From positions 119,189-183,188 of the forward strand of contig CAYHBZ010000002.1 in the NCBI GenBank assembly GCA_964355175.1: DNA of 64,000 nucleotides, read 5' to 3'. The position numbers were made by a program, and so were the translations under genes. The notes under the pieces were generated by a model that was not told the DNA's origin, made no database searches, and saw nothing but the letters and a program-made list of their open reading frames with translations. This document shows, piece by piece, positions 38,580-48,155 of the stretch. This DNA is from an uncultured Gammaproteobacteria bacterium (GTDB taxonomy: Bacteria; Patescibacteriota; Patescibacteriia; Magasanikbacterales; GWA2-37-8). Each line of letters starts with the position of its first letter. Position 1 is the stretch's first letter.

Positions 38580-39746
38580 TTGTTTTTTTGTTATATGACA
38601 GACGTAAACAAAAATGGCGCCAAGCAAGACTTCAAAACCTTGTTACAAAACATGGCGATCAACGTGCCAAAAGTTGGCGACGTAGTAAAAGGAAAAGTGC
38701 TTTCCGCTGATCGCGGTGAAGTGCGTATTGATATTGAAGGTGTGACTACCGGTGTTGTCCGTGGTCGCGAACTTTTTGTAGAATCCCGCGAATATGCCAA
38801 CCTCAAGGCTGACGATGAAGTGGAAGCTACAGTAATCGATCTTGAAAATGAAAATGGTGAAATGGAATTATCTTTCCGTATCGCTGGTTTTGCCCGCGCT
38901 TGGGATAATATGCGCAAATGGATGAAAGAAAGTCTTACTATCAAAGCTAAAGTTTTGTCCGCCAACAAAGGTGGTGTAATGATGCAGGTGGGTGCGATTG
39001 CTGGTTTTATGCCAGTGTCCCAGCTTTCTCCTGATCACTATCCACGCGTAACCGGTGGCGACAAAAATCGCATCTTGGATAAATTGCGTGAACTTTCTGG
39101 TAAAGAATTTGAAGTCAAAGTAATTGACGTCGATGAAAAAGACGAAAAATTAATCGTTTCCGAACGCGCTGTTTGGGAAGATTCTCAGAAAGCTGTACTT
39201 GAAGCTTATAAGATTGGCGATATCGTCGATGGCGAAATATCCGCTCTTACTTCATTTGGTGCTTTCATGAAATTTGGTGATGGCCTGGAAGGCTTGGTCC
39301 ATATTTCTGAAATCGCTTGGCAGAGAATTGATCACCCGAAAGATGTTCTCAAAGTTGGTGATCAGGTAAAAGCTCAGATTATCCAGCTCGATCACTCCAA
39401 AATTTATTTGTCTTTGAAACGCTTGGTAGATGATCCTTGGAAGCAGGTAAAAGAAAAATACAAGATGGGTGAAAAGGTAAAAGGTAAAGTGCTCAAAATT
39501 GAACCGTTTGGTTTGATGGTAGCCTTGGATGCCGATATCCATGGTTTGGCTCATATCTCTGAACTTTCTGATGATCCAATTTCCAATATTCACGATAAAT
39601 TTAAATTGGGACAAGAATTGGAATTTGAAGTGGTTTCCTTGGAACCAGCCGAACATCGCTTGGGTCTCAAAGTGGCCGGCGTGAAAGGCAAGGCTAAGAA
39701 AGAAGAAAAGAAGCCGGAAGCTAAAGAAGAAGCTAAGGTTGAATAA
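38580..39746 (+). CDS. rpsA: 30S ribosomal protein S1 (four S1 domains)
   Basis: Repeated S1 OB-fold motifs (GDVVKGKV.., GDIVDGEI.., GEKVKGKV..) and a Lys/Glu-rich tail. Confidence 0.9.
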   Translation: MFFCYMTDVNKNGAKQDFKTLLQNMAINVPKVGDVVKGKVLSADRGEVRIDIEGVTTGVVRGRELFVESREYANLKADDEVEATVIDLENENGEMELSFRIAGFARAWDNMRKWMKESLTIKAKVLSANKGGVMMQVGAIAGFMPVSQLSPDHYPRVTGGDKNRILDKLRELSGKEFEVKVIDVDEKDEKLIVSERAVWEDSQKAVLEAYKIGDIVDGEISALTSFGAFMKFGDGLEGLVHISEIAWQRIDHPKDVLKVGDQVKAQIIQLDHSKIYLSLKRLVDDPWKQVKEKYKMGEKVKGKVLKIEPFGLMVALDADIHGLAHISELSDDPISNIHDKFKLGQELEFEVVSLEPAEHRLGLKVAGVKGKAKKEEKKPEAKEEAKVE

Positions 39747-39762
39747 TATAAAAAATTAGTTA

Positions 39763-39790
39763 AAAACCGTCCTAAAGTTAGGGCGGTTTT
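39763..39790 (+). terminator. rho-independent terminator after rpsA
   Basis: AAAACCGTCC-TAAAGTTA-GGGCGGTTTTT. Confidence 0.6.
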
Positions 39791-39857
39791 TATATTGACT
39801 TTTTATTATTTTTGTAGTACTATTTTTTAGGTTTCGTGGTCTAATAGTGGGGGTGGT

Positions 39858-40328
39858 ATGCAAGCGAAAAGGATGGGTCTAGCGTCTGATCGTCTCGCCG
39901 GAATCCTGTATCCAGTGGAATCACTGGTGGTGCAAGACAAGCCGGTGTCCGCAAACTTCGGACTGGATCGAATCGAGTTCGTTCCGGTTCTCAAACAGGA
40001 GGAGAGTTGTATCAGCGGGAAGGAGTTTTTAGGACGCGTGAAGACCTTGGGAGGTGAATTCGGTCTCTGTGACATTGAGGTGTTGATCGGTGACCAACAG
40101 AACCTGTCGACGGATCTGCGTGACAAGGAGATCTACTTCGTCGCGGCTCGAGTTTTTAATCCAACCACGCAAGAGATCAGCATTCCCTACATGGCGTTCA
40201 GCGAAAATCGCCAGAGTTGGGTCGTCCGTTTCCATTCGGTGGGAATCTATCGTGGCGATGGCGATGGCTGTGCCGTCATGGTCTCGATTTTCTACTCGAA
40301 CAGTTTGGTGCCCAGGTTTAAAGCCTGA
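39858..40328 (+). CDS. hypothetical protein, 156 aa, in high-GC island B
   Basis: GC ~55% compared with the host ~38%. RBS context CTAATAGTGGGGGTGGTATG. A host-like promoter TTGACT-17-TACTAT lies upstream. No family recognised. Confidence 0.55.
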   Translation: MQAKRMGLASDRLAGILYPVESLVVQDKPVSANFGLDRIEFVPVLKQEESCISGKEFLGRVKTLGGEFGLCDIEVLIGDQQNLSTDLRDKEIYFVAARVFNPTTQEISIPYMAFSENRQSWVVRFHSVGIYRGDGDGCAVMVSIFYSNSLVPRFKA

Positions 40329-40385
40329 ACCACCAAATTAACCCCATTCATATGTTGAGTTTGCTCCATATGGATGGGCGGGATT

Positions 40386-40450
40386 TAAAATCACCCACTA
40401 TCGCTATTTAAAAATATTTTAATGTTTTTAAATAGCGTGGGTGATTTTTT
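40386..40450 (+). terminator. long inverted-repeat terminator after island B
   Basis: AAAATCACCCACTATCGCTATTTAAAAA..TTTTTAAATAGCGTGGGTGATTTTTT. Confidence 0.45.
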
Positions 40451-40565
40451 ATTTGAAAAGGCCTTTACTCTTGATTATTTGGAAGTTTTCAGGTAGAATC
40501 ATTGTATTAATTACTACTATATAATAGGATAGTAAAGCGACTGATTTCCTATCTAACTTAAATTT

Positions 40566-42407
40566 ATGAAAAACTTTTTAAAGAATTTTTTGGCTGTATT
40601 TCTGGTACTACTTGTAGTGGCGGGAGTTTTGGGTTTGACCCGTACTGGCCAAGATAAAAAACCAGAAAATGTGGATATAGCAAAATTGGTACAGGAAATA
40701 AATGCCGGCACGGTGAAAAAAGTAACAGTGCAAGGTGATACTCTGACTGCGGAACTGAAAGATCCAAATGCTAAACCACAAGTGGTAAAAAAAGAAATGG
40801 GTGAATCTTTTGGTGATTTAATGAAAAATTACGGCGTGTCTGATGCCGCTCGCGCCGGTGTGGCCGTAGAAGTAAAAGATGAAAGCTCTTGGAAATTTTG
40901 GGCGGGGAATTTATTGCCGGCAATTATTCCTCTGGTTATTATCATGGTATTTTTATATTTCATGACTCGCAGTGTGCAGGGCGGCAATAATAAAGCCATG
41001 GGTTTTGGTCAGAGCAATCCGAAACAATTTGATCCGGAAAACAAAGGTAAGAAAACTTTTGCCGATGTGGCCGGAGCTAAAGAAGCCAAACAAGAATTGG
41101 AAGAAATTGTGGATTTTCTCAAAGATCCAAAAAAGTTTGCCGATATTGGCGCTAAAATTCCAAAAGGTGTATTGCTCATGGGATCTCCGGGTACCGGTAA
41201 AACTTTGATGGCGCGCGCTGTGGCTGGTGAAGCCGGTGTGCCATTCTTCCATATGAGTGGTTCGGAATTTGTGGAAATGTTTGTGGGTGTGGGTGCTAGT
41301 CGTGTGCGTGATCTTTTTGCCAAAGCCAAGAAAGCCGCTCCTGCCATTATATTTATTGATGAAATCGACGCTGTCGGTCGCCGTCGTGGTACTGGCTTGG
41401 GCGGTGGTCATGATGAACGCGAACAAACTCTCAATCAGATCTTGGTAGAAATGGATGGCTTTGAAGCCAACCTTGGTGTGATTATTATGGCCGCTACCAA
41501 TCGTCCGGATGTGCTCGACCCAGCTTTACTTCGTCCTGGTCGTTTTGATCGTCGTGTGACTATTGATATGCCGGATATCAAAGACCGTGAAGAAATTTTG
41601 AAAATTCATGCTCAAGGAAAACCAATGGAGCCGGAAGTTTCTTTGGCCAAATTAGCTCAGCGCACTCCGGGATTTTCCGGTGCGGATTTGGATAATCTTC
41701 TAAATGAAGCGGCCATATTAGCCGTACGTCGTGGCAAGAAAACTGTGGGTGAAAGTGAAGTGCTCGAAAGTGTAGAAAAAGTATTATTGGGACCAGAAAG
41801 AAAAAATCGTGTTACCAGCGAAAGAGATAAAAAGATGACTGCTTATCATGAAGCTGGTCATGCCGTAGTTGGCCATTTTATGGCACACTGTGATCCGATT
41901 CGTAAGGTGTCGGTAATTTCTCGCGGTTCAGCCGGTGGTTATACCTTGCACATGCCGATTGAAGATAAACATTATCAGACAATCGCGCAGTTTAAAGATA
42001 CTTTGGCGATGATGATGGGTGGGTATGTGGTGGAAAAAATGATTTTTGGTGATGAAATGCTTTCTACCGGACCAAGCTCAGATTTGCGCAACGCTACCAA
42101 AACTGCCAGAGCCATGGTGATGCATTATGGTATGAGCTCCAAGCTTGGACCTCGCACTTTTGGTGCGCAGGAAGAAATGATTTTCCTCGGTAAAGAAATT
42201 CACGAACAGCGTGATTATAGTGATGAAACCGCTCGTCAGATTGACGCGGAAATAAAAGAGCTGCTCGATCAAGCCGAAAAACGCGCGCGTGAGATAGTGG
42301 TAAATCAAAAAGCAAAAATGGAAGATTTGGTGGCTGAATTGATGGTCAAAGAAACGGTAGAGCAGGATGATGTGATCAGAATTTTGGGAGACAGACCTCA
42401 GGTTTAA
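40566..42407 (+). CDS. ftsH: ATP-dependent zinc metalloprotease FtsH
   Basis: Walker [12 protein letters not shown] region and HEAGHAV zinc site. Confidence 0.95.
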   Translation: MKNFLKNFLAVFLVLLVVAGVLGLTRTGQDKKPENVDIAKLVQEINAGTVKKVTVQGDTLTAELKDPNAKPQVVKKEMGESFGDLMKNYGVSDAARAGVAVEVKDESSWKFWAGNLLPAIIPLVIIMVFLYFMTRSVQGGNNKAMGFGQSNPKQFDPENKGKKTFADVAGAKEAKQELEEIVDFLKDPKKFADIGAKIPKGVLLMGSPGTGKTLMARAVAGEAGVPFFHMSGSEFVEMFVGVGASRVRDLFAKAKKAAPAIIFIDEIDAVGRRRGTGLGGGHDEREQTLNQILVEMDGFEANLGVIIMAATNRPDVLDPALLRPGRFDRRVTIDMPDIKDREEILKIHAQGKPMEPEVSLAKLAQRTPGFSGADLDNLLNEAAILAVRRGKKTVGESEVLESVEKVLLGPERKNRVTSERDKKMTAYHEAGHAVVGHFMAHCDPIRKVSVISRGSAGGYTLHMPIEDKHYQTIAQFKDTLAMMMGGYVVEKMIFGDEMLSTGPSSDLRNATKTARAMVMHYGMSSKLGPRTFGAQEEMIFLGKEIHEQRDYSDETARQIDAEIKELLDQAEKRAREIVVNQKAKMEDLVAELMVKETVEQDDVIRILGDRPQV

Positions 42408-42426
42408 AGAGTATGCTGCGATATTT

Positions 42427-42453
42427 AAAGATGGCCTAATAAGCCATCTTTTT
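42427..42453 (+). terminator. rho-independent terminator after ftsH
   Basis: AAAGATGGC-CTAATAA-GCCATCTTTTT. Confidence 0.55.
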
Positions 42454-42612
42454 ATTGTTTTATATTGACATTTTCATGTAATCGTGTTATTGTGCTTTGT
42501 TGTTCTTTTAATTGGAGCAGATACATATAAGAAGATTTTTTTAGTCTTTTTATAAGTGTCTGTTCTGGTCTAAACCCAACGCGCTGTGTGCGCAAATTTC
42601 TAGGAGCTTACC

Positions 42613-43191
42613 GTGAGCAAGCAACTGTGGATCATGTGTCTGGTGGCGATCGTGTCTGGCGGTTGCGCTGACTTCAGCGTGCCTTCCGATCTTCATTTCG
42701 CCTGTCCTGAGCAGTCGTCAGATTGCAATGGGTCGGCGGACTGCCAGATTGGTCAGGGTGACATCGTGTCGCACGACACGACCGGCGACATCCAGCCGGT
42801 GCAACTCGGCAACGAGTGTACGCAGAACACCGACTGCGACGACGACCAATGCTGGACCGGCGACTACTGTGTGCTGGGTAAGTGCAAACACGCAGGCTAC
42901 GGCGGTTGTGGCGGTGGTCCAGGCGAGTGTGAAGTCAATTCGGACTGTGATGACGCCAACACCTGTACTACCGACAGTTGCTTCCCGCTGTACAGCTCCT
43001 GCCAGTATCAGGCTTTGCCGTTTCAAGTCTGTGAGGACGGCAATACTTGCTTCGCTGACAAGTTGTGCACCATCGAAGGTGTGTGTGCGGGTACGAACCT
43101 GTGCGATGACGACGACCCCTGCACCTACGATTATTGTGATGATTTCAAGAAGTGCGCGCACAAAGGGCCGATCACCGGCTGTAACCCCTGA
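42613..43191 (+). CDS. Cys-rich lipoprotein with four Myxococcus-type cysteine-rich repeats, in high-GC island C
   Basis: GTG start with SD AGGAG. Signal plus lipobox VSGGC. Four repeats of the C..DCDD..C..D.C....C type (e.g. CEVNSDCDDANTCTTDSCFP) resemble the myxobacterial disulfide repeat. GC ~60%. Confidence 0.6.
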   Translation: MSKQLWIMCLVAIVSGGCADFSVPSDLHFACPEQSSDCNGSADCQIGQGDIVSHDTTGDIQPVQLGNECTQNTDCDDDQCWTGDYCVLGKCKHAGYGGCGGGPGECEVNSDCDDANTCTTDSCFPLYSSCQYQALPFQVCEDGNTCFADKLCTIEGVCAGTNLCDDDDPCTYDYCDDFKKCAHKGPITGCNP

Positions 43192-43258
43192 ACTACTGCT
43201 TTGGGCAATAAAGAAATTGAGCCCAAACAGTGTAGGGAAGCAGCGGGATCTTTAAGAG

Positions 43259-43320
43259 ACCGTTCGCCAACCTACTTTGTTTCCAAATTTTTGGTGACAG
43301 AGTAGGGCGAACGGTTTTTT
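43259..43320 (+). terminator. inverted-repeat terminator after island C (homologous to the one after island D)
   Basis: GACCGTTCGCCAACCTACTTTGTTTCCAAATTTTTGG..GGCGAACGGTTTTTT. Confidence 0.45.
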
Positions 43321-43386
43321 GTTTTTCAAAAATATGCTATAATAATATTCAAGAGGGCAAAGTTAATTGCCAATTGTTATTGCATT

Positions 43387-44355
43387 ATGCACGAGCCAAC
43401 TTTTCGCCAAGCGTTGTCACATTCTTGGACACTGGTGAAGCAAAAAAAGTCTTTATGGATTTTTGGTTTGTTGTCCGCGGTGATTGGACAATGGGGACTC
43501 AGTGATTTTTTGGGAGCATTTTATCGCACCGCGAAAAATGGTTTTTATTTTTTTAATCAACAAACATTTTCTTCTTTTTATTTAGGTTTAGACTGGCATA
43601 AGTTGGTAGTGATTTTACTGTCTTTATGGTTGCTTGGAATAATTTTATTATTGGCAATCAGTTTGGTGTTTGTCGCCACTGGCGCGCGCGGAGCCATTAT
43701 TTCTTACGCGATTCATTACTATAAAACCGGTAAAGTTTTGGCACTGCACGATGCTTGGCATAAAGGTGTAAAGAAATTTGGCGCGTTGTTATCCGTCACG
43801 GTGTTGAGTAGATTTTTTCAAGTAGTTGATTTGGGATTGTTTTCAATTTTAGCACGAATGATTTTAAGAAATGATAATTTTGCTTCCAGTTTTTTGGTTG
43901 TGATGGTGGCCGCTTTGGCGATATTGATCGCTCTGTTGCTTGAGGCCACGGCAATTTATGCTAGTGGATATATTTTGCTTGAGAATAAAAGTATTAAAGA
44001 GTCTTTGAAAAAAGGCTGGGCACTTTTGTCGGACCATCTCTTGGTTTCGCTTGAGCTTGGATTGGTTTTGGTGCTTTTAAATGTATTATTTTTGGGTGTG
44101 GCGGTTTACGGATCTTTTGTGGCTTTTGTGCCGTCGCTTGTCGTGTGGATTATTGCCGGTTTGACCGGGTTCAATGCTTTGGTTGCTTTTGGTATGTATA
44201 CCGGCATGGTGTTATACACCGCCATTATTTTGGTAGCTGCCGGTATTTTCAACGCCTTTGTTACTTGTGCCTGGGTGTATTTATTTATGAAGATGCATCA
44301 CGAAGGATTGCCTAGTCGCACCATCATTTTTTTGAAAAAGTTTTTTAGAATGTAA
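43387..44355 (+). CDS. hypothetical polytopic membrane protein
   Basis: Around 6-8 TM helices, upstream of pilB. No family recognised. Confidence 0.55.
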   Translation: MHEPTFRQALSHSWTLVKQKKSLWIFGLLSAVIGQWGLSDFLGAFYRTAKNGFYFFNQQTFSSFYLGLDWHKLVVILLSLWLLGIILLLAISLVFVATGARGAIISYAIHYYKTGKVLALHDAWHKGVKKFGALLSVTVLSRFFQVVDLGLFSILARMILRNDNFASSFLVVMVAALAILIALLLEATAIYASGYILLENKSIKESLKKGWALLSDHLLVSLELGLVLVLLNVLFLGVAVYGSFVAFVPSLVVWIIAGLTGFNALVAFGMYTGMVLYTAIILVAAGIFNAFVTCAWVYLFMKMHHEGLPSRTIIFLKKFFRM

Positions 44356-44360
44356 TAATT

Positions 44361-46088
44361 ATGTCCTCGGATTTTCCCTCTATCGGAAATTTACTCCAGA
44401 AACCCGCTGATGATAAGGCGCCTGCGCAGCCTGTGGCCGCTGATAAAGACAACACGGCTAAGTTTACGCAGAAGATGAAGAAAATTGAGCTCAAAGAAAA
44501 AGAAGAAATTACCGCGCAAAACGCGGCCCAACTCGGTCTTCAGTATATTGATCTCAGTGCTTTTCCAGTGTCAGCCGAATCTCTGCGTAGTATTCCACAA
44601 GATGTCGCTCAAGAGCGCGGTGTGATTTGTTTTTATTCTACGCCCGAGGAATTGAGAGTGGGTATACTTGAACCGAGCGAAGAGCTCGGGCAATTTATTT
44701 TTGATTTAGGCGAGCGACATCATGCCAAAACTACAATTTATTTGGTCTCTGAAAATAGTTTTGAACATGTTTTGAAATTATATGATAATTTGCCGATTGT
44801 AAAAGAAATCACCAAAGATATTAGCATTACCGATGATGATTTGGCGAAGTTTGGTGAAGATATAAATAATTTACAAAAATTACAGGAAAAATTTGTGGAT
44901 GTATCCGTGACCGATATTTTGATTTTAATGATTGCGGCCGCGTTGAAAATTAATTCTTCCGATGTCCATGTGGAAGCCGAAGAAAGCGGTATCGCGGTGC
45001 GCTATCGTATTGATGGTATTTTGCACGATGTAGCCACTTTGCCCAAAGAACAATGGAAGCGTTTTGTATCGCGTATTAAATTACTGGCCGCGTTGAAAAT
45101 TAATGTTACCGATAAGCCTCAGGATGGTCGTGTAACCTTGCGTTTGGGTAGTGGGACTCTCGATGTGCGTGTTTCTACTTTGCCGACTATTCATGGCGAG
45201 AGTGTGGTAATGCGTATTTTGCACAGTGGTAGCAAAGGTGTTACTTATGATGAGCTTGGTTTGCGCGGCGAGGCTTATGAGAAATTGAAAAAAGAAGTAG
45301 AGCGACCAAATGGCATGATTATTACCACCGGTCCTACTGGTAGTGGTAAGACTACTACCCTATATGGTATTTTGCGTACGCTAAATAAACCAGGTGTGAA
45401 GATTATTACTTTGGAAGATCCTATTGAAATTAAAATGAATGGTATTAACCAAAGTCAGGTGGATATTTCTCGTGATTATACTTTTGCCAAAGGTTTGCGT
45501 AGTATTTTGCGTCAGGATCCGGATATTTGTATGGTGGGTGAAATCCGCGACCTAGAGAGTGCCGAGATCGCTATTCAGGCCGCGCTTACTGGTCACTTAA
45601 TGCTGTCTACTATCCATACCAATAGTGCCTCTGGTGCTGTTCCTCGTTTCCTGTCTATGGGTGTGAAGCCATTTTTGTTGGCTCCGGCTCTCAACGCCGT
45701 GATTGGTCAGCGTTTGGTGCGTAGAATTTGTCAGAATTGTGTAGTGGAAGATGCGGTGGGACCAGAAACTCTGCGCCAGGCCACTGAATTGTTGGAAAAA
45801 ATGCCACCAGCAGAAAAAGCCAAGGTAGATATGACTAATTTGCATTTTTATAAAGGCGCCGGGTGTGAGCAGTGTAGTGGTCTAGGATATAAAGGCCGTA
45901 TTGGTATCTATGAAATCTTTATTATGACCAAAGAAGTAGAGCAGATTATTTTGAGCGCCCAAGTTTCTGAATATACTATCCAAGAAATTGCGGTAAAAAA
46001 TGGGATGGTTACTATGGCCCAAGATGGTGTGCTCAAGGCGCTTGATAAAATTACTTCGCTCTACGAAGTATTTAGGGTAAGTCAGTAG
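44361..46088 (+). CDS. pilB: type IV pilus/type II secretion assembly ATPase PilB/GspE
   Basis: Walker A TGPTGSGKTTTLY, Asp box, His box and the C-terminal CxxC..CxxC Zn motif of GspE/PilB. Confidence 0.9.
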   Translation: MSSDFPSIGNLLQKPADDKAPAQPVAADKDNTAKFTQKMKKIELKEKEEITAQNAAQLGLQYIDLSAFPVSAESLRSIPQDVAQERGVICFYSTPEELRVGILEPSEELGQFIFDLGERHHAKTTIYLVSENSFEHVLKLYDNLPIVKEITKDISITDDDLAKFGEDINNLQKLQEKFVDVSVTDILILMIAAALKINSSDVHVEAEESGIAVRYRIDGILHDVATLPKEQWKRFVSRIKLLAALKINVTDKPQDGRVTLRLGSGTLDVRVSTLPTIHGESVVMRILHSGSKGVTYDELGLRGEAYEKLKKEVERPNGMIITTGPTGSGKTTTLYGILRTLNKPGVKIITLEDPIEIKMNGINQSQVDISRDYTFAKGLRSILRQDPDICMVGEIRDLESAEIAIQAALTGHLMLSTIHTNSASGAVPRFLSMGVKPFLLAPALNAVIGQRLVRRICQNCVVEDAVGPETLRQATELLEKMPPAEKAKVDMTNLHFYKGAGCEQCSGLGYKGRIGIYEIFIMTKEVEQIILSAQVSEYTIQEIAVKNGMVTMAQDGVLKALDKITSLYEVFRVSQ

Positions 46089-46146
46089 TCGTTTTTTTGA
46101 TTTTGTGGTATAATTATTTTAGCTTGTAAAATATTTTATTTTAAAT

Positions 46147-47286
46147 ATGCGTGTTCGTCACACTGAAACCAGAGAGCTATATGCTCAGCCCTCGGTTGGT
46201 TTCTATCGTACTATTGCACTATCATTTTTGGTTTTAACTGTAGTGTTGCTCGGAGTAGTGGTGCTAATTACTTCTAAAAAAGCGACTATTACTATCATGG
46301 CCAAGGAAGATACGCGCAGTGTGAATATGAATGTGAAAGTAGCCGCTATTGCTGACGGCAAAGAAACAATCTCCGGTTTGGTTTCTTCAAGTGTGGTAAA
46401 TTTTTCTCAAAAATATTTTCCTACCGGTTCCAAAACTATCGAAGGTATAGCCGGTGGTGAGGTAATGCTTTTCAATAAGACCAACGAATCTCAAACTCTG
46501 GTAAAGACTACACGTTTATTAACTCCAAGCGGAGTCTTGTTTCGTTTGAGTGATAAAGTAACAATACCTGCCAATGGTGAAATAAAAGTGCAGGTCTATG
46601 CCGATAAGGCCGGCAAGGATAGTAATGTTGGCCCAAGTACCTTTACTATTCCTGGTTTGGCCACTGACAAACAAAAAGTAATTTATGCTCAGAGTACAGT
46701 GGCGATGGACAACGCGGTGCGCCAGGTAGGTATTCTCACGGAAGCAGATGTTCAGGCGGCGCAAAAAGATTTTGAACAAAAAATTAAAGAACAATACGCG
46801 GCCAGCTCTACGGACTCAATGTATAAGGTGGTATCAGTCTTGAACCTCAATCCGATAGTAGATAAAAAAGTGGGTGATGAGGTGGATGGATTTTCTCTAA
46901 GTGGCACTAGTACAGTGGTGGTAGTGAGCTATAATAAACAAAGTCTAAATGATTTGATATCCGGAGCCGTATCTTCCAAGGTGGATGGCAGTTTGGAAAA
47001 AGTGCTCAATATTACCAGTGATCCAAAAGTGGCGATGGCTTCATATAATGCTGTTGGTAATAGTGCGCAGATCTCGGTGAACCAAGATGTGATGGTGACA
47101 CTTGATGCTAACGCTGAAAAACTTTCCCCACAATATTTTATGGGTAAAACAAAAGATGAGATTGAAAGGTATGTTTTTGAGCTTGATCATGTGGCCGGCG
47201 TGCAGGTAGACTTTACTCCTTCGTGGAGTTCTAAAGCCCCAACTGTGCCGGATAAGATCAAGATAATAGTGAAGGATATAAAATAA
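46147..47286 (+). CDS. hypothetical membrane-anchored protein
   Basis: N-terminal TM followed by a beta-rich extracytoplasmic region, downstream of pilB. Confidence 0.55.
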   Translation: MRVRHTETRELYAQPSVGFYRTIALSFLVLTVVLLGVVVLITSKKATITIMAKEDTRSVNMNVKVAAIADGKETISGLVSSSVVNFSQKYFPTGSKTIEGIAGGEVMLFNKTNESQTLVKTTRLLTPSGVLFRLSDKVTIPANGEIKVQVYADKAGKDSNVGPSTFTIPGLATDKQKVIYAQSTVAMDNAVRQVGILTEADVQAAQKDFEQKIKEQYAASSTDSMYKVVSVLNLNPIVDKKVGDEVDGFSLSGTSTVVVVSYNKQSLNDLISGAVSSKVDGSLEKVLNITSDPKVAMASYNAVGNSAQISVNQDVMVTLDANAEKLSPQYFMGKTKDEIERYVFELDHVAGVQVDFTPSWSSKAPTVPDKIKIIVKDIK

Positions 47287-47311
47287 AATTAATTTTATTT
47301 ATTTAGTATAT

Positions 47312-47908
47312 ATGATCAAGAAAAAAATAGTCAAAAAAAATATAAATAAACCAGATTTTCATATTACCGATCGTGTGCTATTTGTCGCTATGATGTTGCT
47401 TGTTTTTTCGGCCAGCGCTACTTTTGCTGCTACTAAGTCTGTTCCCAAACCAGCTCAGACTAAGTCTGTACCAGCGGCGGCTCCAGCTCCAGTCGCGGCT
47501 TCTTGTGGTGGTAGTGCTTGGTCAAAAGTAATCGTTGGCACAGGAAACGGTAGTGATGTTCAAGAGGTAGGACAGGCCCAATTGAAATTTAAAAAACTAA
47601 CTTTAAGTAAATCACTTTCACAGGCTAATTTGGAAAAGCTCATTACCGACGGCTGTTCTTTTAAAGTAGTAGAGGAGATGTTCGAGTCTGCTGGTGCTTA
47701 TAAAAAGATGAGTTTTGAGTGTTCGTTTGTAAATGTTGCTAATACCGCTGGTTTACCATATTTATTCTCATGTTCTCCTTCGCAAGAAGAAGGTCATAAC
47801 ACCACTTGGTTGCATTACGGTGCCAGTGGTGTTTACTACCATGGCAATGAGGACGCCCAAGATATTGGTGCTGATAAAGTCAATTTTAGTTTATTTACCA
47901 AAAATTAA
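47312..47908 (+). CDS. hypothetical secreted protein
   Basis: N-terminal TM/signal and a low-complexity Pro/Ala linker. Confidence 0.5.
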   Translation: MIKKKIVKKNINKPDFHITDRVLFVAMMLLVFSASATFAATKSVPKPAQTKSVPAAAPAPVAASCGGSAWSKVIVGTGNGSDVQEVGQAQLKFKKLTLSKSLSQANLEKLITDGCSFKVVEEMFESAGAYKKMSFECSFVNVANTAGLPYLFSCSPSQEEGHNTTWLHYGASGVYYHGNEDAQDIGADKVNFSLFTKN

Positions 47909-47984
47909 TTTAAACTATAAAATATCCGCTTAATAAGCGGATATTTTATTTATTGACTTTTTTTTGAGATTGTTATATTCTTAT

Positions 47985-48130
47985 ATTAGGCAATTGAAAC
48001 GGCTACCAACCGTTTTCCGTAAGGATCCCGATTCAGTCGAGACTAAGCCAAAAAATGAGCGAAACTTCGGGTGGAACCGTCTAGGAAATACCTTGACCCC
48101 GATATCTATATTTTAGATATCGGGTTTTTA
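47985..48130 (+). promoter_or_regulatory. T-box-like leader (Thr specifier ACC) with intrinsic terminator upstream of thrS
   Basis: The hairpin AAACGG-CTACCAA-CCGTTT presents ACC-A. A T-box-like block CGGGTGGAACCG lies at 48068-48079. The terminator CCCCGATATCTATATTTTAGATATCGGG plus TTTTT lies at 48097-48129. Confidence 0.45.
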
Positions 48131-48155
48131 TTTATACTATTTTTAATTAATTTAT

